A DNA stretch of 64,000 nt from a virus. Numbering within the stretch: the first letter of the stretch is position 1; every line of letters starts with the position of its first letter. Below the pieces are notes generated by a model. It ran no database searches and was not told where the DNA came from. It saw only the letters and a list, made by a program, of their open reading frames with translations. Shown here piece by piece: positions 56,076 to 64,000 of this stretch. The stretch is from IMG/VR virus record IMGVR_UViG_3300030107_004423, positions 18,924 to 82,923 of that record; one strand, given 5' to 3'. Both the position numbers and the translations under genes were made by a program.

Positions 56076-59000
56076 TATTTAATACCTTTCACTCTGTATA
56101 CTATTGATATATCGTTTATTTCAAATCCAGCAGGCACTGTGCCATCGCAAGTAAGTTTTAAAGCAAATGACTTAATATTATTTGCTTCTGATGATGTATT
56201 AGGCTTTAATTCCGCTATTGTCCAATTAGAATCTACATGAGCTAATTCATTGCTTGTAAAATTATCTCCATCTTTAAATACTTTTGAAAATGATTGAGCG
56301 CCATTTACATCATATTTAACTTGAACATTAGTAGTGCCACCTCCACTTTTATATGTAATATACACTTTATAAATCTTTTTTCTTACTCCTGGGCTACCAA
56401 AGTCAATATCCTTTGTTGTAAGTAGTAATTTGCCACTAGAAACAGTACTAGGAGATGGATTCCACTTTCTCATGTCTGCAGCTATTTGATATACTAAATC
56501 ACCATCCCAATCCAATACCATATTTGTTTTATTGGCAGCCTCAAAAGCTTCAGTACTTTTTGACCAAGACTGAGTAACTAAATCATAAATATATGCATCA
56601 GTTCCAGTTCCTAAATCATTAAATATTAAATGTTTTTCCTTAGGTATATACGATACATTTTGATTTGAAGTAATAAAGCTTCTCCATGTACTAGCTTTAA
56701 TTAATCTTCTTCCTTGTTTTTGTAACAAATCAACTACTTCTTTACCATTATATAAAAAAGCTCCATACTTATTAGCAAAAGCTATACCTATATCAGTTTT
56801 TGTAGAAGCATTTATATTAGATATACCTCTATGCTCTAAAGTATCTTCTAAAAATTCTATATCTTGTGATATATTTATTATGTGTAATTTATTCTCTTTA
56901 AATTGTAATATCCTATCAGCATATTCTTCTAGTTTAATTATCCTATCTCCATCTTGTACAGATGCTTCTACAAGTCTATCATTAGTAAATGTATCAAATC
57001 TATTAACATGGGATTTCATCATAGCATCAGTTTTTATATCTGTATGCCCAAATTCATCTACTATTTCAGGAGCGGCTATATATAATTTCCTATTAGCAAC
57101 TACACCAGTTCCATATTTAGGAGTTAATTGTAAGGCTGTTACATTATCATTAGGATATCCTGTTTCTAATTGATATGTTATTAATTCGCTAAAATCATCA
57201 TTAATAGTAGAGCAAGAAACACTTGTTGAATTATGAGCTACCCAAGGTTCAAAAGAAGTGGATGTTATAGCCTTTCCTCCTTTTTCTAAGTCATATCTAG
57301 ATTGTAAATACCAATCAGTACTTTCTTTATCATTTTCTCTAGCATAGACCTTAAACCCTGTTATTCTTGGATTAATATCATCAGGATTAGAAGCGTTAAT
57401 AATAAATTTCAATCTATACCCAAAGCCATCATATGCTTGTTGATCTCCACCACCACCACCTCCACTACCAGCTGTCCAATAAGTAACAACACCATCTCTA
57501 GATCCATTTTGATAAAAATTATTTATTTTATAAAGTGGAGATTCTTGAACATCATCATATATAGTAGTTACAGCAAAATCCCAATGTTTCTCTTTCCAAT
57601 TAGTTTCATAACCAGATTTAACATATTCTTCCATTGTAACTATTACACTGCCAGCCTCTGGTGGATCCATATCATTTACATAATTCTCTTTAAAATTAAA
57701 ATCAAACATATCATGAGCATCTAACCTGCAAACAGTATTCACCCATCTTTTTTCAGAATATGACAAAGGAAAGTTAGTAAATATTCTAAATGTTGCTCCA
57801 TCAGCATTAGTATTATCTGTAGCATTTTGACTTAAATCAAATTCAGTTGGACCAAACCCACCGTCACTTGCTCTGTTTTGTATTGTAGTTCCTGCAGGTA
57901 TTGCATTAGTACCATTAGTCTGTTCAATATACCATCCAGGCCTAATTGTCTTATCGATATCAAATACTTGTTGACCACTAGTACCTATATTAACTTCATC
58001 ATCACCAGAGTCGACAGAAACTGGAGATTGAGCTCCAGAACTTGGAAAAGTACCTGTTACCTCGGCTTGCTCAAAATTAACAAATCTTGTTCTATCTATA
58101 TAAGAATAAAAAATTCCAGGACTAGAATAGTTTCCATCAGTTATTCTTAATGTTCCATCTATTATAGTATAAAATGGTTTTGAATTTGCTCCACTTATCA
58201 ATCCTGTCATTCCTGAAGTCCATGCATTGTCATATACACTAAAAAAGTACGATTTTCCTGTAGCATCATTATCGTGCAATAATAAATAATTATCAAATTG
58301 TATTGGATGCTCTGGGTATGATAATGATTCAATATCAACCGATACATAAGAATCTTCTTTATCTGCAGAGACATCTCCTAAATCAACTGCTTTAATATAT
58401 AGCTTGTCATTTATAGCCCATGGAGTAGTACCATCATTTTTATATCCATTACCATTGGATGTTATAACTAAATTAGAACCTGCTTCGGTAGCAGTTGTGC
58501 TTCCAGTAGAATTTCTAACCATTCTAACTTGAAATCCATTTCTTTTACCTACATTCTTTAGTCTATATACTGTCGATTTGTTATCTGCAAAAGATCTTAA
58601 TATACCAGTAGAATTATTAGCCCAATAATAAGCATTTTTTTTAAGATTTCCATAACCTCCAGAAGTACCGTTTCTAAGACCACCACCTCTTACAGACATG
58701 TTTAATGCATCGTTATGATCTTGTACTCTATTCCAATGATCAGTACTTTCACTCATAAAGAAATATGCAGATCCAGATAAATCTTCATCAAAATCTCTCC
58801 AGCCAATAGAATCTTGATTTTCAACGCTCATTCCCATCCATCCTTCTAAATTCTTCCAATCATCATCTGTAGCTACTCTCCAACCACCATCTGGTGGAAA
58901 ATTAGCATGATTAATAGCTGCATGATTGTATAAAAATCCAAAAGTATCTTGATTTCCATCTACTCCATCTGGAAATGCTCTGTGAGGATTATTACTAGTT

Positions 59001-59569
59001 GTCCAAGTATCATCATTTGCTGTTGTAGCTTCAGTGCCATTTGTATTCCCATTTCTAAAATGAGTTGCTTTCCAATCTTGTTGCATCCAATCTAAATCAC
59101 CAAGTTTTATCCAAGTATAGCTATTTGTTCCATCCATAACTCCTGATGCTAATGTATTCGTACCAGCAATATATACAGTAGCTCTTATTCCAGAATCAAC
59201 AGTCCTATTAGTATCTTCATATAATGTTACATTTGTATAAGTTCCTGCTACTAAATCTGCTACATCTCCTGTATAGGACGCTGAATTAAAAGTATCTACA
59301 GTAGAAACTCCAGTGGCTACTGTAGGTAGTCCAGCACCTCTATAATCATGATTAAATTGAAACAATCCATAACCTGGATTTATATCAATATCAGATTTAT
59401 CAGAACTTAAAGATCTATCTGCATTTTTACCTACAGTTTTAATTCTACCTAAATCTTCAACAGATACACCAGTAGCTTCAACAAGCTCATTAGGAGCTAT
59501 ATCTCTAGCATCAGAAGCTTCGCTTATTCCACCTTCAAATCTATCTATTTTAACTATTTGTTTTGGCAT
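56075..59569 (-). CDS. tail nozzle / stabilization-type protein, copy 2, with inserted FISUMP-like domain
   Basis: aligns with 1423..4863 (INPGYGL, DAMMKS.VNRFD.FT, EASVQDGD, RILQFK.NKLHI, TKDIDFG.PGVRK.IYK). Confidence 0.75.
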   Translation of the reverse strand: MPKQIVKIDRFEGGISEASDARDIAPNELVEATGVSVEDLGRIKTVGKNADRSLSSDKSDIDINPGYGLFQFNHDYRGAGLPTVATGVSTVDTFNSASYTGDVADLVAGTYTNVTLYEDTNRTVDSGIRATVYIAGTNTLASGVMDGTNSYTWIKLGDLDWMQQDWKATHFRNGNTNGTEATTANDDTWTTSNNPHRAFPDGVDGNQDTFGFLYNHAAINHANFPPDGGWRVATDDDWKNLEGWMGMSVENQDSIGWRDFDEDLSGSAYFFMSESTDHWNRVQDHNDALNMSVRGGGLRNGTSGGYGNLKKNAYYWANNSTGILRSFADNKSTVYRLKNVGKRNGFQVRMVRNSTGSTTATEAGSNLVITSNGNGYKNDGTTPWAINDKLYIKAVDLGDVSADKEDSYVSVDIESLSYPEHPIQFDNYLLLHDNDATGKSYFFSVYDNAWTSGMTGLISGANSKPFYTIIDGTLRITDGNYSSPGIFYSYIDRTRFVNFEQAEVTGTFPSSGAQSPVSVDSGDDEVNIGTSGQQVFDIDKTIRPGWYIEQTNGTNAIPAGTTIQNRASDGGFGPTEFDLSQNATDNTNADGATFRIFTNFPLSYSEKRWVNTVCRLDAHDMFDFNFKENYVNDMDPPEAGSVIVTMEEYVKSGYETNWKEKHWDFAVTTIYDDVQESPLYKINNFYQNGSRDGVVTYWTAGSGGGGGGDQQAYDGFGYRLKFIINASNPDDINPRITGFKVYARENDKESTDWYLQSRYDLEKGGKAITSTSFEPWVAHNSTSVSCSTINDDFSELITYQLETGYPNDNVTALQLTPKYGTGVVANRKLYIAAPEIVDEFGHTDIKTDAMMKSHVNRFDTFTNDRLVEASVQDGDRIIKLEEYADRILQFKENKLHIINISQDIEFLEDTLEHRGISNINASTKTDIGIAFANKYGAFLYNGKEVVDLLQKQGRRLIKASTWRSFITSNQNVSYIPKEKHLIFNDLGTGTDAYIYDLVTQSWSKSTEAFEAANKTNMVLDWDGDLVYQIAADMRKWNPSPSTVSSGKLLLTTKDIDFGSPGVRKKIYKVYITYKSGGGTTNVQVKYDVNGAQSFSKVFKDGDNFTSNELAHVDSNWTIAELKPNTSSEANNIKSFALKLTCDGTVPAGFEINDISIVYRVKGIK

Positions 59570-59578
59570 ATTTAATTT

Positions 59579-59668
59579 TTGGGAGAGATGTATGTTATCT
59601 CAATAGTCGACCCACACGAACATAGAGGAGTAGTAAACTCAGGAAGCTCATAACATACTCCCTCCCAA
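59579..59668 (-). ncRNA. conserved structured intergenic element, copy 2
   Basis: stem TTGGGAG..GTATGTTAT / ATAACATAC..CTCCCAA enclosing conserved GACCCACA.GAAC.TA.AGGAGTAGT.AACT. Confidence 0.55.
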
Positions 59669-59674
59669 TATTCC

Positions 59675-59854
59675 TTACTTAAGTATAACACCTTTAACTA
59701 CAGCTTCAACTGATTCGTAGATAGCTTCAATTATCTTTCCTTCAGTCTTTTCATTAATGATAGGTATATTTATATTTTCATTTAACTCTTTAACCATCTT
59801 TTCTTTCATTTCATCATTAAAGATGTAATTAGCTATCATTTCCTTCATGTCCAT
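59675..59854 (-). CDS. small hypothetical protein, copy 2
   Basis: homolog of 4983..5162. Confidence 0.75.
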   Translation of the reverse strand: MDMKEMIANYIFNDEMKEKMVKELNENINIPIINEKTEGKIIEAIYESVEAVVKGVILK

Positions 59855-59864
59855 TTAACTTCTC

Positions 59865-59969
59865 CTATTTATTTGACCATTCTTGCCATTTAATCTTAAC
59901 AGCTATATAGCATATAAATATCGGTATTGATATAAATATACTCTTTACTATAGCTATTAATAATTCCAT
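59865..59969 (-). CDS. 34 aa membrane peptide, copy 2
   Basis: homolog of 5173..5277. Confidence 0.6.
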   Translation of the reverse strand: MELLIAIVKSIFISIPIFICYIAVKIKWQEWSNK

Positions 59970-60040
59970 CACTTCTTCTTACCTGTTTTTTTCTTTTTAG
60001 GTCTTCCTGGTTTTTTATATGTTCCTGGCCCTTGAGGCAT
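59969..60040 (-). CDS. 23 aa basic peptide (AT-hook-like GRP)
   Basis: MPQGPGTYKKPGRPKKKKTGKKK with AAGGAG RBS; absent from copy 1. Confidence 0.6.
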   Translation of the reverse strand: MPQGPGTYKKPGRPKKKKTGKKK

Positions 60041-60053
60041 ATTGTTCTCCTTT

Positions 60054-60284
60054 TTATTGATTATTCCAATATCTTTTTCTAGCTTTTGCTTCAAAATAAT
60101 TATCAGTAGAATCCTCTGGAGCTAAAATATATTGATCATTTATTAAGTAAAAATCATCTTCCTCCCAGCTACATACAAATCCTTCACTATCATAAGATTC
60201 TTCTATCCTAGGATACATACAGTTTAATCCTTCACCAACAATAGTAAATGATATAGCATAAATAAGATATGTAGTAAAGTCCAC
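60054..60284 (-). CDS. small membrane/secreted protein, copy 2
   Basis: homolog of 5277..5507. Confidence 0.65.
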   Translation of the reverse strand: MDFTTYLIYAISFTIVGEGLNCMYPRIEESYDSEGFVCSWEEDDFYLINDQYILAPEDSTDNYFEAKARKRYWNNQ

Positions 60285-60745
60285 TACTTCTTACCTCTTT
60301 TTAATGGCTTATCACTTCCCCATACTGCATCTTTATCAGTCTGTAATTCACAAGTAGTTCCACCATCTCCACCAACTTCTACAACCTTATCATTTAATTT
60401 AACTTTCATTGGAGCTTTAGTTAAAACATAGTCCATTAATTTTTCTAAAGAATGATTTGCAGCTTCATTAGCTTTTGCAGCGTCTGATGGTTTTTCAGGT
60501 GGAGCAGTCATCTGTTGCAATACATTTATAAGACCTAAAGTAACAGTTGAAACTAGTCCAGTAACTACGGCTAAAGCCTCAGACTTAAGATAATAAGCAG
60601 AACCTACAAGAACTCCAACCATAATCATAATAGCTGGTACTGATTGTATCCCTACATAGTATCGTAAAGAATCAGCCATCATTCTTTTTTTGACTGCTCT
60701 GTCTTTTTTAATTCTATCTATTTCTTCTTTACTTAGTTGAGCCAT
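60284..60745 (-). CDS. two-TM membrane protein, copy 2
   Basis: near-identical to 5507..5968. Confidence 0.65.
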   Translation of the reverse strand: MAQLSKEEIDRIKKDRAVKKRMMADSLRYYVGIQSVPAIMIMVGVLVGSAYYLKSEALAVVTGLVSTVTLGLINVLQQMTAPPEKPSDAAKANEAANHSLEKLMDYVLTKAPMKVKLNDKVVEVGGDGGTTCELQTDKDAVWGSDKPLKRGKK

Positions 60746-61520
60746 TTATCATTTCTCCCCATACACTAGTTTTACCCTTTATTATCTCTACTACTTCTAC
60801 TTTAAAATCACCATTCTTAAACCAATCAACTATAGCGAATGCATGATTCCAATTATGTAGATTTCCTTTAAGCCATGTATTGGCCTCTGATTTCATATCT
60901 TTTAAGCATCCTAAACTCCATGCACTTTGAGTGCCTCCAAGGCCTGTTTCTGTAAACCTCTGTAAGTCATGTGTATGTCCATATATAATATTTTCTTTAT
61001 ACGCTGATAAATGCTTTTTAGCGTGATGTATAGGAACATAATCACCATGTGTAAAGTTTAATTTGCCTATTTTGAGCTTTTTGGTACTTATATAGGGCCA
61101 ATATGTATAACCCCTGTCATCTAGCCTTAAAGCTGATTTAGTCTCGTAAGCAGGCAAATATGGATGCCTATCAACAAAGTTATCTAACCATACTTCATGA
61201 TTACCTTGTATGAAATGCCTTTCTTTACAATTTATTTTATCCAAAGAGCGATCTATAATATCCATACCTTTGTTAACTTGTTTAACTTCTTTATTTAACA
61301 TTGGTATTAAAACTTCTAAAGGAGGTTTTTCTTTGTGCCTCCAGTGATGAGGACTAAACGTCTCCCATTCTCCTGTATCGCCTAAATCTATATAAGTATC
61401 AGGCTTTACTAATTCTATTGCTTTGCAAACTACATTTATGGCTTTTTTATCATGTAACGGGAAATGCTTATCTGGTGTAACTATAGCTCTTTTAACTACA
61501 CCATCTTTAACATCAGGCAT
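60729..61520 (-). CDS. calcineurin-like metallophosphoesterase, copy 2
   Basis: same motifs as 5952..6743. Confidence 0.85.
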   Translation of the reverse strand: MPDVKDGVVKRAIVTPDKHFPLHDKKAINVVCKAIELVKPDTYIDLGDTGEWETFSPHHWRHKEKPPLEVLIPMLNKEVKQVNKGMDIIDRSLDKINCKERHFIQGNHEVWLDNFVDRHPYLPAYETKSALRLDDRGYTYWPYISTKKLKIGKLNFTHGDYVPIHHAKKHLSAYKENIIYGHTHDLQRFTETGLGGTQSAWSLGCLKDMKSEANTWLKGNLHNWNHAFAIVDWFKNGDFKVEVVEIIKGKTSVWGEMINGSTK

Positions 61521-61528
61521 ATAGCCTC

Positions 61529-61675
61529 CTATTTTAGTTCTTTAAATATCTTTATACTCATATAGATAAAAGTTGCAACCCCAACTAGTAAACTCACTAC
61601 TGGTGGTACCATCTCCATAAAAGATATCCAAAATCCTCCCATTCCAACGCCTGCTGTTCTTAATGTATCTGTCAT
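61529..61675 (-). CDS. 48 aa holin-like protein, copy 2
   Basis: homolog of 6752..6898. Confidence 0.6.
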   Translation of the reverse strand: MTDTLRTAGVGMGGFWISFMEMVPPVVSLLVGVATFIYMSIKIFKELK

Positions 61676-62040
61676 TATCTTATTGCTATAGGTGCTTGCA
61701 TAATTCTAACGCTACCTATTTTATTACTTTCTGTTTTATCTATTAATTTATAAAATTCTCTCATATAATATTCTTTAGTTTCAAAATCGCTCATATCTTC
61801 AGCAATTCTTGCTTTTAAATAATAAACTAAAGCTCTAGCTATTGCATTGCTTATATTTGATATTTCATCTGATTCATCTGATATAGGACTACCATCTACT
61901 GCTTTTGGTACGTATGTATATGTAATATCTATAGATTCTGAAATATTTTCAACTGGAGATTTCCATTCTCCATCATCTAATTCTACTATAGCTAAACTTT
62001 GACCTTCCCAATAATATGCATATTCTCTAGAAGCACCCAT
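61675..62040 (-). CDS. tail/neck structural protein, short form
   Basis: homolog of 6898..8031 lacking the insert. Confidence 0.7.
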   Translation of the reverse strand: MGASREYAYYWEGQSLAIVELDDGEWKSPVENISESIDITYTYVPKAVDGSPISDESDEISNISNAIARALVYYLKARIAEDMSDFETKEYYMREFYKLIDKTESNKIGSVRIMQAPIAIR

Positions 62041-63353
62041 TATAAATTATCCTCATCTGTAATTGTTGGTCTTCCTATAAATCTAGGAATAGATCTTCTT
62101 TTGTCAGTTTCATTTAAATGATGTTTTACTTTTACATCTAAAACTCTTACTACTTCTTCTGGAAGATCATAAAATCTTTTATTTTTTACTATGTCTATAT
62201 ATTTATTACCTACTCCTTTTAAAATTATATTATTAGAAGAGTTTTCTATAAATGTAGACAAATTATTAGAAGATGCAGTTCCGCCTAAATATAATTTAGT
62301 GCCATCTGAACTAGCACCATGAACATTATAATATCCATTTGAAAAAGTATTATCTGAATTACTATCAATACCAACAGAATTTTCTATTGTTAATTTAGAT
62401 CCTGATTCAAATTGAGAAAAAGAAGAGGCTGATGAAGTATCTGTAACTTCTGTAAGTATTGGGGATATTCTCCAATTATCTAATGTGAATTTACATGTAG
62501 TACCTGCATTATGCATCCATACAAAAAAATAATGCTCTGATGCAGTCGCCTTAAATCCCCATTTATTTTCTATTGTATCACTTGTTTTTCCTATTGGTAT
62601 TATAGATCCTTTTTGATCTAGTGGGGTAGATAATTGTCCATCTATCGGTTTAGATCCAAATGTTTGAGGACTAAAACTAGAATGAGCATTATCACCAGCG
62701 GTTATTGCTTTAGCACAAATTACTTCAGTTTGATATTGTTGATTATCTGCTTCCCATGGAGTATACCACCATGCTGTTTGACCAGCAGCATCGCTTGATG
62801 CTCCCTTATATGTAGATATAGTTGCGTATGCATTTGTATTAGCAATGCTTAGAGTACTGTCAAATTCCCATAAATAATTATCTCCAACTACCAAATTACT
62901 TACTTTATATCCAACACCAAAAACACCACCAACGCCATCTACTCTCCATTGCAAATCAGTCCCACTACTTATATAACCTTGATAATCAGTTCCATTGCCC
63001 ACATCTCCAGTTGCATTGACAGGTATATAATTAAACCTAAAAAACCCAGAAGGAGGATTATTTCTATCTACATATGTTGGAAACGCAGTTCCTCCAGCCC
63101 ATCCAAAATCACTATTTCTAGGCATAATTCCACTACCTAAAGCTCCTATATCTAGTGGATCTTGGTGACTAGCGCTTTTTATATGAGGAGCAAATTTAAG
63201 GGTATTACTTTTTAACAATACCTCTGATTTGGATCCTTTTTTTACATTTATAGAAGAATACATATTCATTTCTTCTAAACCATCTTTTATATATGCTATA
63301 GCTCTACCAGTTTGATTAATACCAGCTCTTTCCATTATTTCTTTAACTTTCAT
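62040..63353 (-). CDS. tail/neck structural protein with large internal insertion
   Basis: termini homologous to 8021..8302. Confidence 0.7.
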   Translation of the reverse strand: MKVKEIMERAGINQTGRAIAYIKDGLEEMNMYSSINVKKGSKSEVLLKSNTLKFAPHIKSASHQDPLDIGALGSGIMPRNSDFGWAGGTAFPTYVDRNNPPSGFFRFNYIPVNATGDVGNGTDYQGYISSGTDLQWRVDGVGGVFGVGYKVSNLVVGDNYLWEFDSTLSIANTNAYATISTYKGASSDAAGQTAWWYTPWEADNQQYQTEVICAKAITAGDNAHSSFSPQTFGSKPIDGQLSTPLDQKGSIIPIGKTSDTIENKWGFKATASEHYFFVWMHNAGTTCKFTLDNWRISPILTEVTDTSSASSFSQFESGSKLTIENSVGIDSNSDNTFSNGYYNVHGASSDGTKLYLGGTASSNNLSTFIENSSNNIILKGVGNKYIDIVKNKRFYDLPEEVVRVLDVKVKHHLNETDKRRSIPRFIGRPTITDEDNL

Positions 63354-64000
63354 TATCTACCTCTCTGAGCTTGTTGCTTAGGAGCCATAACTCCAAAAGC
63401 TGTATTGTATTGTTCTTTTAAATTACCTAAATTAACTGATAAAGCTTGCACTAATTCTATATCTTCTTCATCTATAGTGTATTCAGCTAGTTTAGCCTCT
63501 AAAGACTTTATAGCTGCATATAGAACTACTAAATAAACTTTATCATCGGGGAATATACCTATATCACTATGAGAATAAACTAATGCTGATCCACTTTTAT
63601 TATAAGGGATATTATTTACATAATAAACTTTAAATTGATTTGGGTCCGATCCTGGTGCTGGAAATACACTTATTTTTCCATTTTCTAAGCATGTGTATGC
63701 AGGATTAAATTTAGAAGCATAATCTAAGCTTTCTGAATCTGTAACTAAATATTGTCTTGACGGATCTATTTCTCTACAAGGCCTCCAATTATTAGAAGTA
63801 ACTCCATCTTCACGAACTACAGATATAATTTTAGCTCCATACAAATTCAAACCATTTGCAGTTTGGTCGCTACTTTCTGCCATAAAATGCTTGGTTTGTT
63901 TAGGATCTAAAGATATTATTTTGTTAGTAACATCTATAACTCCATCCTTTAAGAATTGTGATAATTCATTTTGAGTTGGATTTGTAGCGTCTGTAATACT
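63353..64000 (-). CDS. head-tail adaptor-like protein, copy 2 (5' truncated by window edge)
   Basis: frame open to 64000 (SITDATNPTQNELSQFLKDGVIDVTNKII); homolog of 8302..9003. Confidence 0.75.
   Translation of the reverse strand, partial: SITDATNPTQNELSQFLKDGVIDVTNKIISLDPKQTKHFMAESSDQTANGLNLYGAKIISVVREDGVTSNNWRPCREIDPSRQYLVTDSESLDYASKFNPAYTCLENGKISVFPAPGSDPNQFKVYYVNNIPYNKSGSALVYSHSDIGIFPDDKVYLVVLYAAIKSLEAKLAEYTIDEEDIELVQALSVNLGNLKEQYNTAFGVMAPKQQAQRGR

Larger units (their letters stand above)
59675..61675. repeat. ~2 kb high-identity direct repeat, copy 2
   Basis: see 4983..6898. Confidence 0.95.

Noticed and set aside
58510-59120. Diversity-generating retroelement targeting the CLec-like domain
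   Set aside because: No reverse transcriptase in the window and no template/variable repeat pair with adenine-specific mismatches was found
1263-63140. Short antisense or overlapping ORFs in the track (e.g. 1263..1451, 2744..2992, 9070..9363, 19267..19578, 27468..27656, 43423..43734, 57437..57724)
   Set aside because: They lie opposite longer well-supported genes, lack RBS and have shadow-frame composition
1-64000. Stop-codon reassignment, introns or inteins as seen in some crAss-like phages
   Set aside because: Genes are long and intact under the standard code with all three stops used; terL, primase and capsid genes are uninterrupted
1-64000. Prophage or integrated element
   Set aside because: No integrase, repressor cassette or bacterial flanking genes recognised

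Overview
AT-rich tailed dsDNA phage sequence with podovirus/crAss-like architecture; the host cannot be determined from sequence alone. The - strand carries a morphogenesis block: terS-like gene, tail fibre with S74 chaperone, terL, M15 endolysin, portal, scaffold, major capsid and tail/neck genes. The + strand carries an early/replication block (~28.0-39.3 kb): ERF recombinase, SSB-like protein, AEP primase-helicase, DUF932, Nmad1 and a Holliday junction resolvase, with no recognisable DNA polymerase. This block converges on a - strand set of very large putative ejection proteins, one of which (2830 aa) carries two-barrel RNA polymerase motifs (DGxxxIS, KG, RxP, DWDGD) and is a candidate virion RNA polymerase. 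The window spans more than one gene cycle: ~0.7-9.0 kb recurs ~54.7 kb downstream (~55.9-64.0 kb) as a syntenic but diverged copy, with a near-identical 2 kb core flanked by tail genes carrying different inserted domains. This is either a real duplicated tail module or a two-strain/over-circularised assembly. Intergenic regions are rich in structured elements, including a tandem array of ~90-115 nt multibranched RNA-like domains at 29.1-29.6 kb. All family assignments are by-eye motif recognition, not database searches.
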